Source of the DNA: an uncultured Bacteroidota bacterium
GTDB lineage: Bacteria > Bacteroidota > Bacteroidia > Bacteroidales > DTGW01
Reading direction: 5' to 3'
Assembly (NCBI GenBank): GCA_963808135.1
Contig: CAWEFA010000027.1
Location: 66,416-130,415, forward strand
DNA length: 64,000 nucleotides
Of the stretch, positions 30,042-39,796 are shown in pieces. A model generated the notes under the pieces. That model saw only the letters and a list, made by a program, of their open reading frames with translations, searched no databases and was not told the DNA's origin. Within the stretch, counting starts at the first letter, position 1. Every line of letters starts with the position of its first letter. The position numbers and the translations under genes were made by a program.

Positions 30042-30533
30042 ATGGAAATATTAAATATTGATTCAGATAAACAATCGCTTGTAAATGTAAAGGTTGGTAG
30101 TAATGTAAAGTTTTTTAACTTTGTTAATGCCTATGGATGCCAAATAGATGATAACACCAAAGTGGGAGCTTTTGTGGAAATTCAAAAAGGTGTAACCATA
30201 GGTAAAAATTGCAAAATCTCAAGCCATACTTTCATTTGCGAAGGTGTTTCAATAGAAGATGATGTTTTTGTTGGCCACAATGTTTCGTTTATTAACGATT
30301 TATACCCGCGTTCTACAAACAAAAATGGGCAATTGCAAACAACTGACGATTGGAAAGTAGTTGAAACTATTGTAAAAAAAGGGGCTTCGATTGGTACAAG
30401 TACAACAATTTTAGCAGGTGTTACCATTGGTGAAAATGCTATTGTAGGAGCCGGTTCAGTAGTAACAAAAAATGTTCCTGCAAATACTGTTGTAGCAGGT
30501 AATCCCGCTAAAATACTCAGAACTGTAAATTAA
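30042..30533 (+). CDS. Hexapeptide-repeat (left-handed beta-helix) N-acetyltransferase, WbpD/WlbB-like
   Basis: 163 aa with repeated [LIV]-G-x4 hexads (VGAFVEIQKGVTIGKNCKISSHTFICEGVSIEDDVFVGHNV ... VVAGNPAK). Confidence 0.7.
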   Translation: MEILNIDSDKQSLVNVKVGSNVKFFNFVNAYGCQIDDNTKVGAFVEIQKGVTIGKNCKISSHTFICEGVSIEDDVFVGHNVSFINDLYPRSTNKNGQLQTTDDWKVVETIVKKGASIGTSTTILAGVTIGENAIVGAGSVVTKNVPANTVVAGNPAKILRTVN

Positions 30534-30629
30534 TTTATTATGAAACACCCATGATTCGGCTAATCGCAAACACAAATGAAGATAATGTGGGTGTTCCATA
30601 CGACGAATAAAAAATAAAATTATCTACGT

Positions 30630-31730
30630 ATGAATAAGATTCAATTCCTCGATTTAAATAAGCAATATCAGCAAATAAAAGATGAGGTTTTAAAAGAACT
30701 TCCAAAGGTATTTGAAAGCAGCGCTTTTACTAATGGTTATTCAGTTACAAATTTCGAGAAATCGTTTGCAGCATATTGCAATACAAATTATGCCGTGGCC
30801 GTAAATAATGGCACATCTGCTTTGCATCTTGCCCTTCTTACATTAAATATCGGCAATGGCGATGAAGTTATTATTCCTGCCAATACGTTTATTGCTACCG
30901 CATGGGCGGCTGCTTATGTAAATGCCAGGCCAGTATTTGTTGACTGCACTTCCGATACATGGGAAATTGATCCTGCTCAAATTGAAAAACATATAACAAA
31001 AAAAACAAAAGCAATTATTGGCGTTCATTTGTACGGACAACCTTTCGATTTCGATGCTGTGAAAAAAATTGCTGATAAACATTCACTTTATTTAATTGAG
31101 GATGCTGCACAAGCTCATGGGGCATTATACAAAGGAAGGAAAACAGGCTGCATGAGCGATATGGCCTGCTTTAGTTTTTATCCCGGCAAAAACTTAGGAA
31201 CTTATGGCGAAGGCGGCGCTATTACCACAAATAATAATGAGTATGTCGAAAAATTACAAATGCTGCGCAACCATGGAAGCAGGGAACGCTATTACCATGA
31301 AACAATCGGTTTTAATATGCGAATGGGTGGAGTTGAAGGCGCAGTTTTAGGGATTAAACTGAAATACCTCGATAGCTGGAATGCCCACAGGAAAGAGATT
31401 GCCGAAATGTATTTTAAAGGTATTACCAATTCCAAAATAACTTTTCAGAAACAACCGGATTTTTCCGATTCTATTTATCACCTTTTTGTAATCACTACTC
31501 CCGAGCGCGACAATTTTATTAATTATTTGAATTCGAATAATATTTTTCCCGGATTACATTATCCGGTTCCATGCCATCTTCAAAAAGCATTCTCTAATTT
31601 AGGCTATAAAAAAGGTAATTTCCCAAATGCGGAATATCTTGCAGAACATTGTGTGAGTTTGCCTATGTATGCGGAACTAAAAGATGAAGAGGTGCAAGAA
31701 GTGATTGATGTTGTAAATAATTATTCATGA
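30630..31730 (+). CDS. DegT/DnrJ/EryC1/StrS-family PLP aminotransferase (WbpE-like)
   Basis: 366 aa. Motifs seen are NGTSALHLAL, IEDAAQAHG and FSFYPGKNLGTYGEGGAI (PLP lysine). Confidence 0.85.
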   Translation: MNKIQFLDLNKQYQQIKDEVLKELPKVFESSAFTNGYSVTNFEKSFAAYCNTNYAVAVNNGTSALHLALLTLNIGNGDEVIIPANTFIATAWAAAYVNARPVFVDCTSDTWEIDPAQIEKHITKKTKAIIGVHLYGQPFDFDAVKKIADKHSLYLIEDAAQAHGALYKGRKTGCMSDMACFSFYPGKNLGTYGEGGAITTNNNEYVEKLQMLRNHGSRERYYHETIGFNMRMGGVEGAVLGIKLKYLDSWNAHRKEIAEMYFKGITNSKITFQKQPDFSDSIYHLFVITTPERDNFINYLNSNNIFPGLHYPVPCHLQKAFSNLGYKKGNFPNAEYLAEHCVSLPMYAELKDEEVQEVIDVVNNYS

Positions 31731-32761
31731 GGATTAAAAGCAAGTTGTTACAACAGATTGATCTGCTGAAATTAAACTTGAGTGGTAAGGTCGTTTTAAC
31801 AGAAGCTGCAACAGGTGCATTTGTAATAACACCCATTATGGCGGCTCTGGCAGGAGCCAAAGTTTATGCTTTTACAAAGGCTACTAAATATGGTTCTGTT
31901 AATGAGGTAATTCTACAAACAAGAAAAATAACTGAATTATTTTATGGATATAATTTAGATTTACATATAATCACGGAATTAACTCCTGATATTATTTATG
32001 AGGCTGATATCATTACCAATTCAGGCCATCTTCGCCCTTTGGATAAGAAAAAACTGAAATATGCTAAAAGCGGAGTTGTTATCCCTTTAATGTATGAAGC
32101 ATGGGAACTTCGTGATAAAGATATAGATATTGATTATACTAATAAGATGAGAATTATTGTCGGAGCAACAAATGAACGACATCCGAATGTTGATGTATTC
32201 AACTATCTTGGAGATATGGCATTAAAAATGATATTTGATGCCAATCTTTGTCCTTATAGGAACAAATTTATTCTTTTTTGCAATAATGATTTTGGCCCAT
32301 ATGTGGCAAATACATTGTCAAAAGTTTGTGGCTCATTGGCAGTTTGTGATTTGATAGAAAATAAAGAAAAATACGATGCGCTGCAAATTGACTGGATTGG
32401 CAATTTTCCTGAATTTACTGTACCTGAAAAATATAAAAAATGTGATGCTGTAATATTTACTGCCTATCCGTTTGATAAAATATGGATCGGACAAAAAAAT
32501 ACTCCGATATTGATTGGTAAATTAAAGGCAGAAATTGATAATCCTTACATACTAAGATATGCTGGTGATATTGATTGCAAAGCTTTGGATGCAAATGGAG
32601 TAAATTATTTCCCATATTCTGTAAAGAGTGGACACATGGGAATATTACCTTCTGAAATTGGTTTTGATCCAATTATATGTTTACAGGCTGGAGGGTTAAA
32701 AGTGGCAGAGGAATTGTTAAACGGTAATTTCAAGTCCGATTATTTAAAAATCATTTCTTAG
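31727..32761 (+). CDS. Uncharacterised 344-aa cytoplasmic protein, translationally coupled to the aminotransferase
   Basis: Its start overlaps the upstream stop (ATGA). There is no TM segment or signal peptide. The only hint is an N-terminal GKVVLTEAATGAFVITPIMAALAGAKVYAF stretch that could be a nucleotide-binding beta-alpha-beta unit. Confidence 0.45.
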   Translation: MRIKSKLLQQIDLLKLNLSGKVVLTEAATGAFVITPIMAALAGAKVYAFTKATKYGSVNEVILQTRKITELFYGYNLDLHIITELTPDIIYEADIITNSGHLRPLDKKKLKYAKSGVVIPLMYEAWELRDKDIDIDYTNKMRIIVGATNERHPNVDVFNYLGDMALKMIFDANLCPYRNKFILFCNNDFGPYVANTLSKVCGSLAVCDLIENKEKYDALQIDWIGNFPEFTVPEKYKKCDAVIFTAYPFDKIWIGQKNTPILIGKLKAEIDNPYILRYAGDIDCKALDANGVNYFPYSVKSGHMGILPSEIGFDPIICLQAGGLKVAEELLNGNFKSDYLKIIS

Positions 32762-32804
32762 GATGAAATAAATGGATTCTATTTTTTTACTATATAAATA
32801 ATTT

Positions 32805-33588
32805 ATGAACATCATTTCACCTAATGCCAAAATTGGACTTAATGTCCGTTTTGGATCAAATTTAGTTATCGGAGACAATGTAGTTATTCAAGATTATGTT
32901 GAAATTGGTAATAATACAATAGTTAATAATACTTTGATTGGAAGTGGGACAATCATTGAATCAAACTGTATTATCGGATATTCAAAAGTGTCCGGATGGG
33001 TTTCAAGAGAATCTGAAAACATTGAAATTAAACTAGAGAATCTTGTAATTGGTAATAATTGTTTAATACGCGAAGGAGCAACTCTATATATGGGCTCAAA
33101 ATTAGGTAATTCCATTAAAATTAATCACAAAGCTTTAATAAGAGCTAATGCAATTATTGGAGATTTTACTTCTATTGGTTCTATGACAGAATTAGACGGC
33201 GACTTGTCGATTGGGGAACATTGCTCAATACATTCCCAAAATCATATTTGTAGTAATACTACAATTCAGGATTATGTATTTATTGCTCCTTTTTGCGTAA
33301 CTGCTGAAGGAGACCCAATGACGTTTTATAGACCACAACTTTATCAATTAAAAGGTCCTGAAACTGGACCTTTTATTGAAAGCGGTTGTCAAATTGGAGT
33401 CAACGTTGTACTATATCCTAGAAATTCGCCTTGGTCATGAATGTATAGTCGGTTCAAGTGCAGTGGTAACTAAATCCTTTGAACCATTATCTATTCTATC
33501 TGGTTGTCCTGCTAAAAGAGTTGCTGATGTTAAAGATTTATTTAGATTACCTTTGGAAATTAGAAAAAAAATTGGTATTGAAAAGTAA
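32805..33588 (+). CDS. Hexapeptide-repeat acyltransferase, split by one frameshift
   Basis: Built from ORFs 32805..33440 and 33376..33588, with hexapeptide repeats throughout. Dropping one A from the A3 run 33422..33424 restores GCQIGVNVVLYPRIRLGHECIVGSSAVVTKSF...SGCPAKRV. Confidence 0.7.
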
Positions 33589-33613
33589 CTACTTTTTTGA
33601 AGAAAACTAATAT

Positions 33614-34561
33614 ATGAACGATATTTGTATAGTCATCCCTTTCCTGAATGAGGAGAAAAATATTTCATTTTTAGTAAATAATTTAAATAATTATTTTAAA
33701 AATAATAAACATTTATCTTATGAGGTTATTTTTGTTGATGATGGGTCAATAGATAATTCTTTTGAAATTCTTCTTAATTCAAAATATGAACATTATAATG
33801 TAAAATTGATAAAATTATCAAGAAATTTTGGATCACATTCTGCTTTAAGAGCTGGGATCATACATAGTAACAGTCGTTATCTTACAATGTTCCCTGCAGA
33901 TTTACAGGATCCATTATCATTAATAGAAAAACTATACTCAAAATGTTTAGAAGGTTACGACATAGTTGTTGCTCAGAGAAAAACCGTTAAAGTAGATGCC
34001 ACTACCCGCTTATTTTCTCGGTTTTATTCTTGGCTCATGCGAAAATATGTGATTAGGGATTATCCTAAATATGGTGCTGATATAGTAATGATTAATGTTA
34101 AAATCAAGGAAGTACTCAATTCCAACATTGAAGCTAATTCAAATTTTATCTTGCATATTATGTCTCTTGGATTTAAAAAAGCATTCATTGAATATGATAA
34201 AGTTGAAAGGAAATATGGAAAAACAAAATGGACATTATCAAAAAAAATAAAACTTCTAATAGATTCATTTGTCGCTTTCTCTTATGCTCCAGTAAGATTT
34301 GTAACAATTATGGGGATACTTTTTTCAATAATAGGATTTCTTTGGACAGTTTATATAGTGTTCAGAACAATAATGATAGGTGATTTATCTCCTGGGTGGC
34401 CTGCTTTAATTTCGGTTTTATCAATTGGCTTTGGAATTACGAATATTTCTCTTGGAATAATTGCTGAATATCTTTGGAGAACTTTAGACTCTGCAAGAAA
34501 AAGACCAGCTTTTATAGTGGATGAAATTATTGAATTGAATAAAAATGAGGAAACTAAGTAA
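33614..34561 (+). CDS. GT2 polyprenyl-phosphate glycosyltransferase (ArnC/GtrB/DPM1-like)
   Basis: 315 aa. Motifs seen are ICIVIPFLNEEKNI, VIFVDDGSIDNS and SRNFGSHSALRAG, followed by two C-terminal TM helices. This is the architecture of lipid-carrier-charging GT2 enzymes. Confidence 0.75.
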   Translation: MNDICIVIPFLNEEKNISFLVNNLNNYFKNNKHLSYEVIFVDDGSIDNSFEILLNSKYEHYNVKLIKLSRNFGSHSALRAGIIHSNSRYLTMFPADLQDPLSLIEKLYSKCLEGYDIVVAQRKTVKVDATTRLFSRFYSWLMRKYVIRDYPKYGADIVMINVKIKEVLNSNIEANSNFILHIMSLGFKKAFIEYDKVERKYGKTKWTLSKKIKLLIDSFVAFSYAPVRFVTIMGILFSIIGFLWTVYIVFRTIMIGDLSPGWPALISVLSIGFGITNISLGIIAEYLWRTLDSARKRPAFIVDEIIELNKNEETK

Positions 34562-35537
34562 TATTCTAATTACCGGAGGCGCCGGTTTTATTGGTTCGCA
34601 TTTAACTGATGAACTTCTGTCAAGAGGTTACAAGGTTATTGTAATCGATAATTTAATTAATGGCAAAGAAGAAAATTTAAAAACAGCTAAAAGCCATGAT
34701 AGATTTACCTTTATAAAAGGCGACATTTTAAATGAATACGATTTAGAAAATGCAATGAAAAATGTCGACGCCATTTTTCACATGGCTTGCTTGGGCGTAA
34801 GGCATTCGATCAATAATCCTTACGAAAACCATTTGGTAAATGCCGAAGGAAGTTTAAAAGTTTTAATAAAAGCCCGTCAAAATCAAATAAAGAAATTTTT
34901 TTATATTTCCTCATCCGAAATCTATGGCAAGGCTTTATCGTTTCCAATTAAAGAAAGCGATACGCCATATCCTATTACTGTTTACGGGGCATCGAAGCTT
35001 GCCGGAGAACATTACACAAATTCCTTTTTTGAATGTTATGGAATGGATGTTACTGTAATCCGGTTGTTTAACAATTTTGGCCCGCGTGCGCACCACGAGG
35101 GCGATAGCGGTGAAGTAATTCCCCGCACCATTGTAAATGCGCTATATGAAAAAAACCCTGTAATTTTTGGCGATGGCAGCATTTCAAAGGATTTTATATT
35201 TGTGAAAGATACTGCCAGAATTTTGGCCGATCTTATTGATGTTGAGAGATTGACAGGCCAAACTTATAACATCGGTTCGGGTGAAGAAATTACCATTAAA
35301 GCTTTGATGGAAGAAATAATTTCTATTATAGGCAATAAAAAACTCAAAATTGAATACGATGCCCCGAGGCCTGCCGATGTTCCGCGTTTATTGGTCAATT
35401 CTGAAAAATTAAAACATATTTATAATTTCAAACTCAATTATAATTTATTACAAGGCCTTAATGAAACCGTTCATTACTACAAAGACATTATGAAAGAAAA
35501 AAATTTAGCGAATGAAATCCCTCTTAAAAACTGGTAA
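34545..35537 (+). CDS. Extended-SDR NAD-dependent epimerase/dehydratase (UDP-glucuronate decarboxylase-like)
   Basis: 330 aa with ILITGGAGFIGSHL (GxxGxxG) and YGASKLAGE (YxxxK). Confidence 0.75.
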   Translation: MRKLSNILITGGAGFIGSHLTDELLSRGYKVIVIDNLINGKEENLKTAKSHDRFTFIKGDILNEYDLENAMKNVDAIFHMACLGVRHSINNPYENHLVNAEGSLKVLIKARQNQIKKFFYISSSEIYGKALSFPIKESDTPYPITVYGASKLAGEHYTNSFFECYGMDVTVIRLFNNFGPRAHHEGDSGEVIPRTIVNALYEKNPVIFGDGSISKDFIFVKDTARILADLIDVERLTGQTYNIGSGEEITIKALMEEIISIIGNKKLKIEYDAPRPADVPRLLVNSEKLKHIYNFKLNYNLLQGLNETVHYYKDIMKEKNLANEIPLKNW

Positions 35538-35540
35538 TTA

Positions 35541-36665
35541 ATGATTCCGGTCGCAAAACCATATTTAACAGCCGATGAAGCCCAGGCCGCTTACGATGTA
35601 ATATTGTCCGGCTGGGTAACACAAGGCCCAAAAGTCCAGGAATTTGAAGAAAAATTTGCGGCATATGTCGGAAGCAGTTACGCTGTTGCTGTATCGAGTT
35701 GTACAACTGCCCTTCATCTTTCGCTTATAGTAGCAGGTATTAAACCAGGCGATGAAGTTATTTGCCCATCCATGTCTTTCATAGCTACAGCAAATGCAAT
35801 TGTCCATGCGGGAGCCAAACCGGTTTTTGCCGAGGTTAACAAACATTTTAACATTGATGCAAAGCATGCCGAGACATTGATAACATCCAAAACAAAAGCT
35901 ATTCTTATTGTACACCAGATAGGCATGCCTGCCGATATTGATACTTTTAAAAATATTTGTAAAAAACATAACTTATTATTAATCGAAGATGCTGCTTGTG
36001 CAATAGGTTCGGCATATAAAGGAAAAAAAATTGGTTCACATTCCGACCTGGTTTGCTTTTCATTTCATCCCCGCAAAGTAATTACCACAGGCGATGGAGG
36101 TATGATTGCCACATCAAATCCTGAATATTATAAACGGTTAAAAGCTCTCCGCCAGCATGCCATGAGCGTAAATGACCTGGAGCGCCATAAATCCGATAAA
36201 ATTATTTTTGAAGAATACCCGGAAGTTGGTTACAATTACCGGATGACAAATATCCAGGCTGCAATCGGAATCAAGCAATTGGAAAAACTGGATTTGATAG
36301 TTAATGAACGTCGCAAAATTGCTTTTCAATACCATGAAGGATTAAAAGATTGTAAGTATTTGGATTTACCAATTGAAGAAGAAGGATATTTTTCAAATTA
36401 CCAATCGTATGCCATTACTTTGAAAGATACGGTTAAAATAAGCAGAAACGAATTTATGCAAAAATTAACCGATGAAGGTATTTCTGTTCGAAGGGGCGTG
36501 ATGACAGCCCATCGGGAAAAAGCATACGCCAATGAAAAAGTTAAGCTTCCAATATCAGAAAAACTTTCGGATAATAGTATTATTTTACCGCTGTTTCACC
36601 CAATGCAAAAGATGGATTATTTAAATATTATAGAAGAAATTAAAAGAATTTTATCGGAATTGTAA
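35541..36665 (+). CDS. DegT-family PLP aminotransferase (ArnB-like)
   Basis: 374 aa. Motifs seen are VLSGWVTQGPKVQEFEEKFA, IEDAACAIGS and FSFHPRKVITTGDGGM (PLP lysine). Confidence 0.85.
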   Translation: MIPVAKPYLTADEAQAAYDVILSGWVTQGPKVQEFEEKFAAYVGSSYAVAVSSCTTALHLSLIVAGIKPGDEVICPSMSFIATANAIVHAGAKPVFAEVNKHFNIDAKHAETLITSKTKAILIVHQIGMPADIDTFKNICKKHNLLLIEDAACAIGSAYKGKKIGSHSDLVCFSFHPRKVITTGDGGMIATSNPEYYKRLKALRQHAMSVNDLERHKSDKIIFEEYPEVGYNYRMTNIQAAIGIKQLEKLDLIVNERRKIAFQYHEGLKDCKYLDLPIEEEGYFSNYQSYAITLKDTVKISRNEFMQKLTDEGISVRRGVMTAHREKAYANEKVKLPISEKLSDNSIILPLFHPMQKMDYLNIIEEIKRILSEL

Positions 36666-36692
36666 TTCAAATATATCTATTTAAAATTTTAA

Positions 36693-38201
36693 ATGAGGGC
36701 TTTACGTATGAATATAAAAATTAAAATTTTACTGATTCTAATAATATTAGGATATTTATTATATAACTTTTTGACTTTGGCGATTTCACCAATACCTTGG
36801 TTTGACGAAGTTTGGTTCGCAAGTATTACCCATTCGTTCATTACAAAAGGGAAATTTTTATTGGAAATATGCCCACTTAGAACTGATAAAGAGGTATTGG
36901 CTTATGGGCCGGTTTATTTTTTATTAACGGCTGCCAGTGTTAAATTGTTGGGTTTTGGTATTTTTTCATTTCGTCTTGTTAATTTCTTATTTGGCTTAGC
37001 AAATATTTATGTTTTTTATAATATCATTAAGTATTTTATTAAAGACAGGCTGTGGGTTTTGTTAACAACCTTGCTTATTATATTTGACAATATTTATTGT
37101 TCAAATATTCATGGAGGAAGGATGGATTCAGTAGCAATATTTTTTTGTTTGGTTTCCTTAAATGCTTTATTAATTGATAAATTAAAACCACGTAATCTCT
37201 TGCTCTCCGGAGTTTTTGCAGTATTAGCAATCCTTACAACGCCCAGGTCGGGATTTTTATTTCTCTCAATAATAGTCTTTATTATTTCCATTGATGGGTT
37301 TAAAGTTCATATAATAGAAAAAATACGCAATTTGATTATTTGGGTTCTGCCAATAATTATTGTTTATGCTTTATGGATTTGGTATGCTTTTGGTAATATC
37401 GGGCAATTTTTAGAATATTATATTCATCCGGGTAAAGTCGCAAACATTCCATTAACTACAAGTGTTGGGGGAAAATTATTTATTCCCCAATACCAGGTTT
37501 TGTTAATTATTACAACAATTATACTTCTTATATCAGGGATATTTAAAAAGAAAATAAAGCCGGATATTTTTATAATAATTTCAATAATAAATATAGTTGG
37601 TTTTTACTTTTTGGTAAATGATTCCGGGGCATATTCGGTATATATAATTTATTTCTTATATGGATTGTTTTGTTATTTACTTTATAAATTTGAGTTTAAG
37701 CAAAACTTACAAAAGTTTAAATTCGCAATTTATGCTCTTGTTCTATTTGTAAACCTGTGTATTTTTTCAATTAAAACAATTACGGTATTTGCTTGTTGGG
37801 AAGCAAGGGATTTTCATAAAATCGACCAAATAGTAAAAGCAAATATTTCTCAGGGTGCAAAAGTAGTTGGCTGCGACAGGTATTATTATTCGGTTATAAA
37901 AAATAATGACTATTTTCAAACTGTTGAACGTCCTAAAAGCAACCTGGAAAGAGCGGAATATCACCGGAACCAGTTTAATTTCGAATATCTCATTATTAGC
38001 GATGAAATAGAAAAATCTAAACCCGATATATTAAAACAATATAATAATGGAAGTTTAATTTTAGTTTCGCATTTTATGTTGAAAGGAACAGGAATAATAA
38101 ATAAAATTAATAAAATAACAGGGATGAAAATTAGCGAATCCTATAATGGTGAAATTTATAAAAGGAAATTAAATAATAATACTATAATAAAACAGTTATA
38201 A
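36693..38201 (+). CDS. GT-C-fold polytopic glycosyltransferase (ArnT/PMT-like)
   Basis: 502 aa with about 11-13 TM helices. An acidic motif (PWFDEVWFA) follows the first TM helix and there is a C-terminal soluble domain. It follows the ArnB/ArnC-like genes directly. Confidence 0.6.
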   Translation: MRALRMNIKIKILLILIILGYLLYNFLTLAISPIPWFDEVWFASITHSFITKGKFLLEICPLRTDKEVLAYGPVYFLLTAASVKLLGFGIFSFRLVNFLFGLANIYVFYNIIKYFIKDRLWVLLTTLLIIFDNIYCSNIHGGRMDSVAIFFCLVSLNALLIDKLKPRNLLLSGVFAVLAILTTPRSGFLFLSIIVFIISIDGFKVHIIEKIRNLIIWVLPIIIVYALWIWYAFGNIGQFLEYYIHPGKVANIPLTTSVGGKLFIPQYQVLLIITTIILLISGIFKKKIKPDIFIIISIINIVGFYFLVNDSGAYSVYIIYFLYGLFCYLLYKFEFKQNLQKFKFAIYALVLFVNLCIFSIKTITVFACWEARDFHKIDQIVKANISQGAKVVGCDRYYYSVIKNNDYFQTVERPKSNLERAEYHRNQFNFEYLIISDEIEKSKPDILKQYNNGSLILVSHFMLKGTGIINKINKITGMKISESYNGEIYKRKLNNNTIIKQL

Positions 38202-38376
38202 AAATGAAACTTTAGAGCCGAAACCCTAAGTAAAAGTTACATATCATTGGTTACAAGAACTAAATACAATATATGGCTCTGGTTAATGTTGACGCCCATA
38301 AAACAAAACAAGTTTTTTAGAGAATGACAAGCTTATAACAGAAAGTTTACAAGCTATTTCAAAAATTTAAAAATAA

Positions 38377-39792
38377 ATGAAATTATCTGTAATTATTACC
38401 TCATACAATTATGATAAATTCTTAAGCAGGGCAATCAGAAGTGTGCTTCAACAGTCCTTAGATAAAGCCTTATATGAAGTTATTGTCATTGATGATGCTT
38501 CTACAGACAATACCAAACTTATTCTTGAGCCTTTTGAAGATATTTGCAGAATTTTTCATCTTGAAAAAAATGTAGGCATAGCAGAAGCCAGAAATATTGG
38601 TATCAAAAAAGCCAGGGGACAATTTGTAATTTTCGTTGATGCCGATGACTATATTCACTATGAAATGTTAAAAACGCAATTATTGTTTTTAGAGGAGAAT
38701 AATTCTTTAGACGCTGTATCAATAGATTATTACACGGTTAATGAAAAGGGAGATCATCTTAATCATATTTCTGCAGATGAAAATCCTATTGCATGCGGCA
38801 TAATGTTTAGGAAAGATCATCTCATAGATATTGGTATGTACGATCCGGCATTTAAGGCGCGGGAAGAAGAAGATCTTCGGGCTCGTTTTCAGGAAAAATA
38901 TAAAATTTACAATATAATTTTACCTTTATATAGATATCGGAAACACGAAAATAATCTGACAAATGATATAAGTTTAATGCAGGAATTTCGCGAAAAACTC
39001 AGTAAAAAATTAAAAAAACAAAAGAATAATCCTAATATAATAGCTATTATTCAGGCCCGCGTTGGCTCGTCCAGGTTACCGGGAAAAGTTTTACTGCCAG
39101 TTCAGGGGAAAACCGTACTGGAACATGTTGTCGAAAGGGTAAGCAGAAGCGCTTACTTAAACGATGTAATTGTTGCCACCACAACAAACAGCAATGACGA
39201 CGGAATAGCAGCCTTAACTAAAAAAACTAACTGCAAAGTTTACAGGGGTTCGGAAAATGATGTGTTGGACAGGTATTATCAAGCGGCAACACAATTTTCA
39301 GCCGAGGTGGTTGTCCGGGTAACTTCGGATTGCCCGCTTATCGATCCTTCTGTTATTGATTTGGTTATAGAAAAGTTTTTGAATAGCAAATCCGATTATA
39401 CTTCAAATACTTTGAAAGTTCCCTTCCCGGATGGACAGGATGTGGAAGTGTTTACTTATAAATCGCTTGAAAAAGCATGGAATGAAGCCAAATTATTATC
39501 TGAAAGAGAACATGTAACTCCATACATTAAAAATAATTCTTCTCTTTTTAAAGTAAACTGGATTGAAGGGAAACAAGAGCAAAGCAAATACCGCTGGTGC
39601 CTTGACGAGCCTAAAGACCTCGAGCTTATTACTGCCATTTACGATGCTTTGTATCCAAAAAATAAACAATTTGGAATGAAAGAAATTTTGGAATTGTTAG
39701 AAGAACAACCAACGCTTAAAAATATCAACAGTCATATAATCCGCGACGAAGGATATTTAAAATCATTAAAACAGGATAAATTAATAAAATAA
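38377..39792 (+). CDS. Fusion protein: N-terminal GT2 glycosyltransferase plus C-terminal SpsF-type cytidylyltransferase
   Basis: 471 aa. Residues 1 to ~200 read LSVIITSYNYDKFL and VIVIDDASTDNT (GT2). From ~226 the sequence is IIAIIQARVGSSRLPGKVLLPV...VIVATTTNSNDD...YRGSENDVLDRYY...VVRVTSDCPLIDP (acylneuraminate/SpsF-type cytidylyltransferase). Confidence 0.75.
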   Translation: MKLSVIITSYNYDKFLSRAIRSVLQQSLDKALYEVIVIDDASTDNTKLILEPFEDICRIFHLEKNVGIAEARNIGIKKARGQFVIFVDADDYIHYEMLKTQLLFLEENNSLDAVSIDYYTVNEKGDHLNHISADENPIACGIMFRKDHLIDIGMYDPAFKAREEEDLRARFQEKYKIYNIILPLYRYRKHENNLTNDISLMQEFREKLSKKLKKQKNNPNIIAIIQARVGSSRLPGKVLLPVQGKTVLEHVVERVSRSAYLNDVIVATTTNSNDDGIAALTKKTNCKVYRGSENDVLDRYYQAATQFSAEVVVRVTSDCPLIDPSVIDLVIEKFLNSKSDYTSNTLKVPFPDGQDVEVFTYKSLEKAWNEAKLLSEREHVTPYIKNNSSLFKVNWIEGKQEQSKYRWCLDEPKDLELITAIYDALYPKNKQFGMKEILELLEEQPTLKNINSHIIRDEGYLKSLKQDKLIK

Positions 39793-39796
39793 CTTT

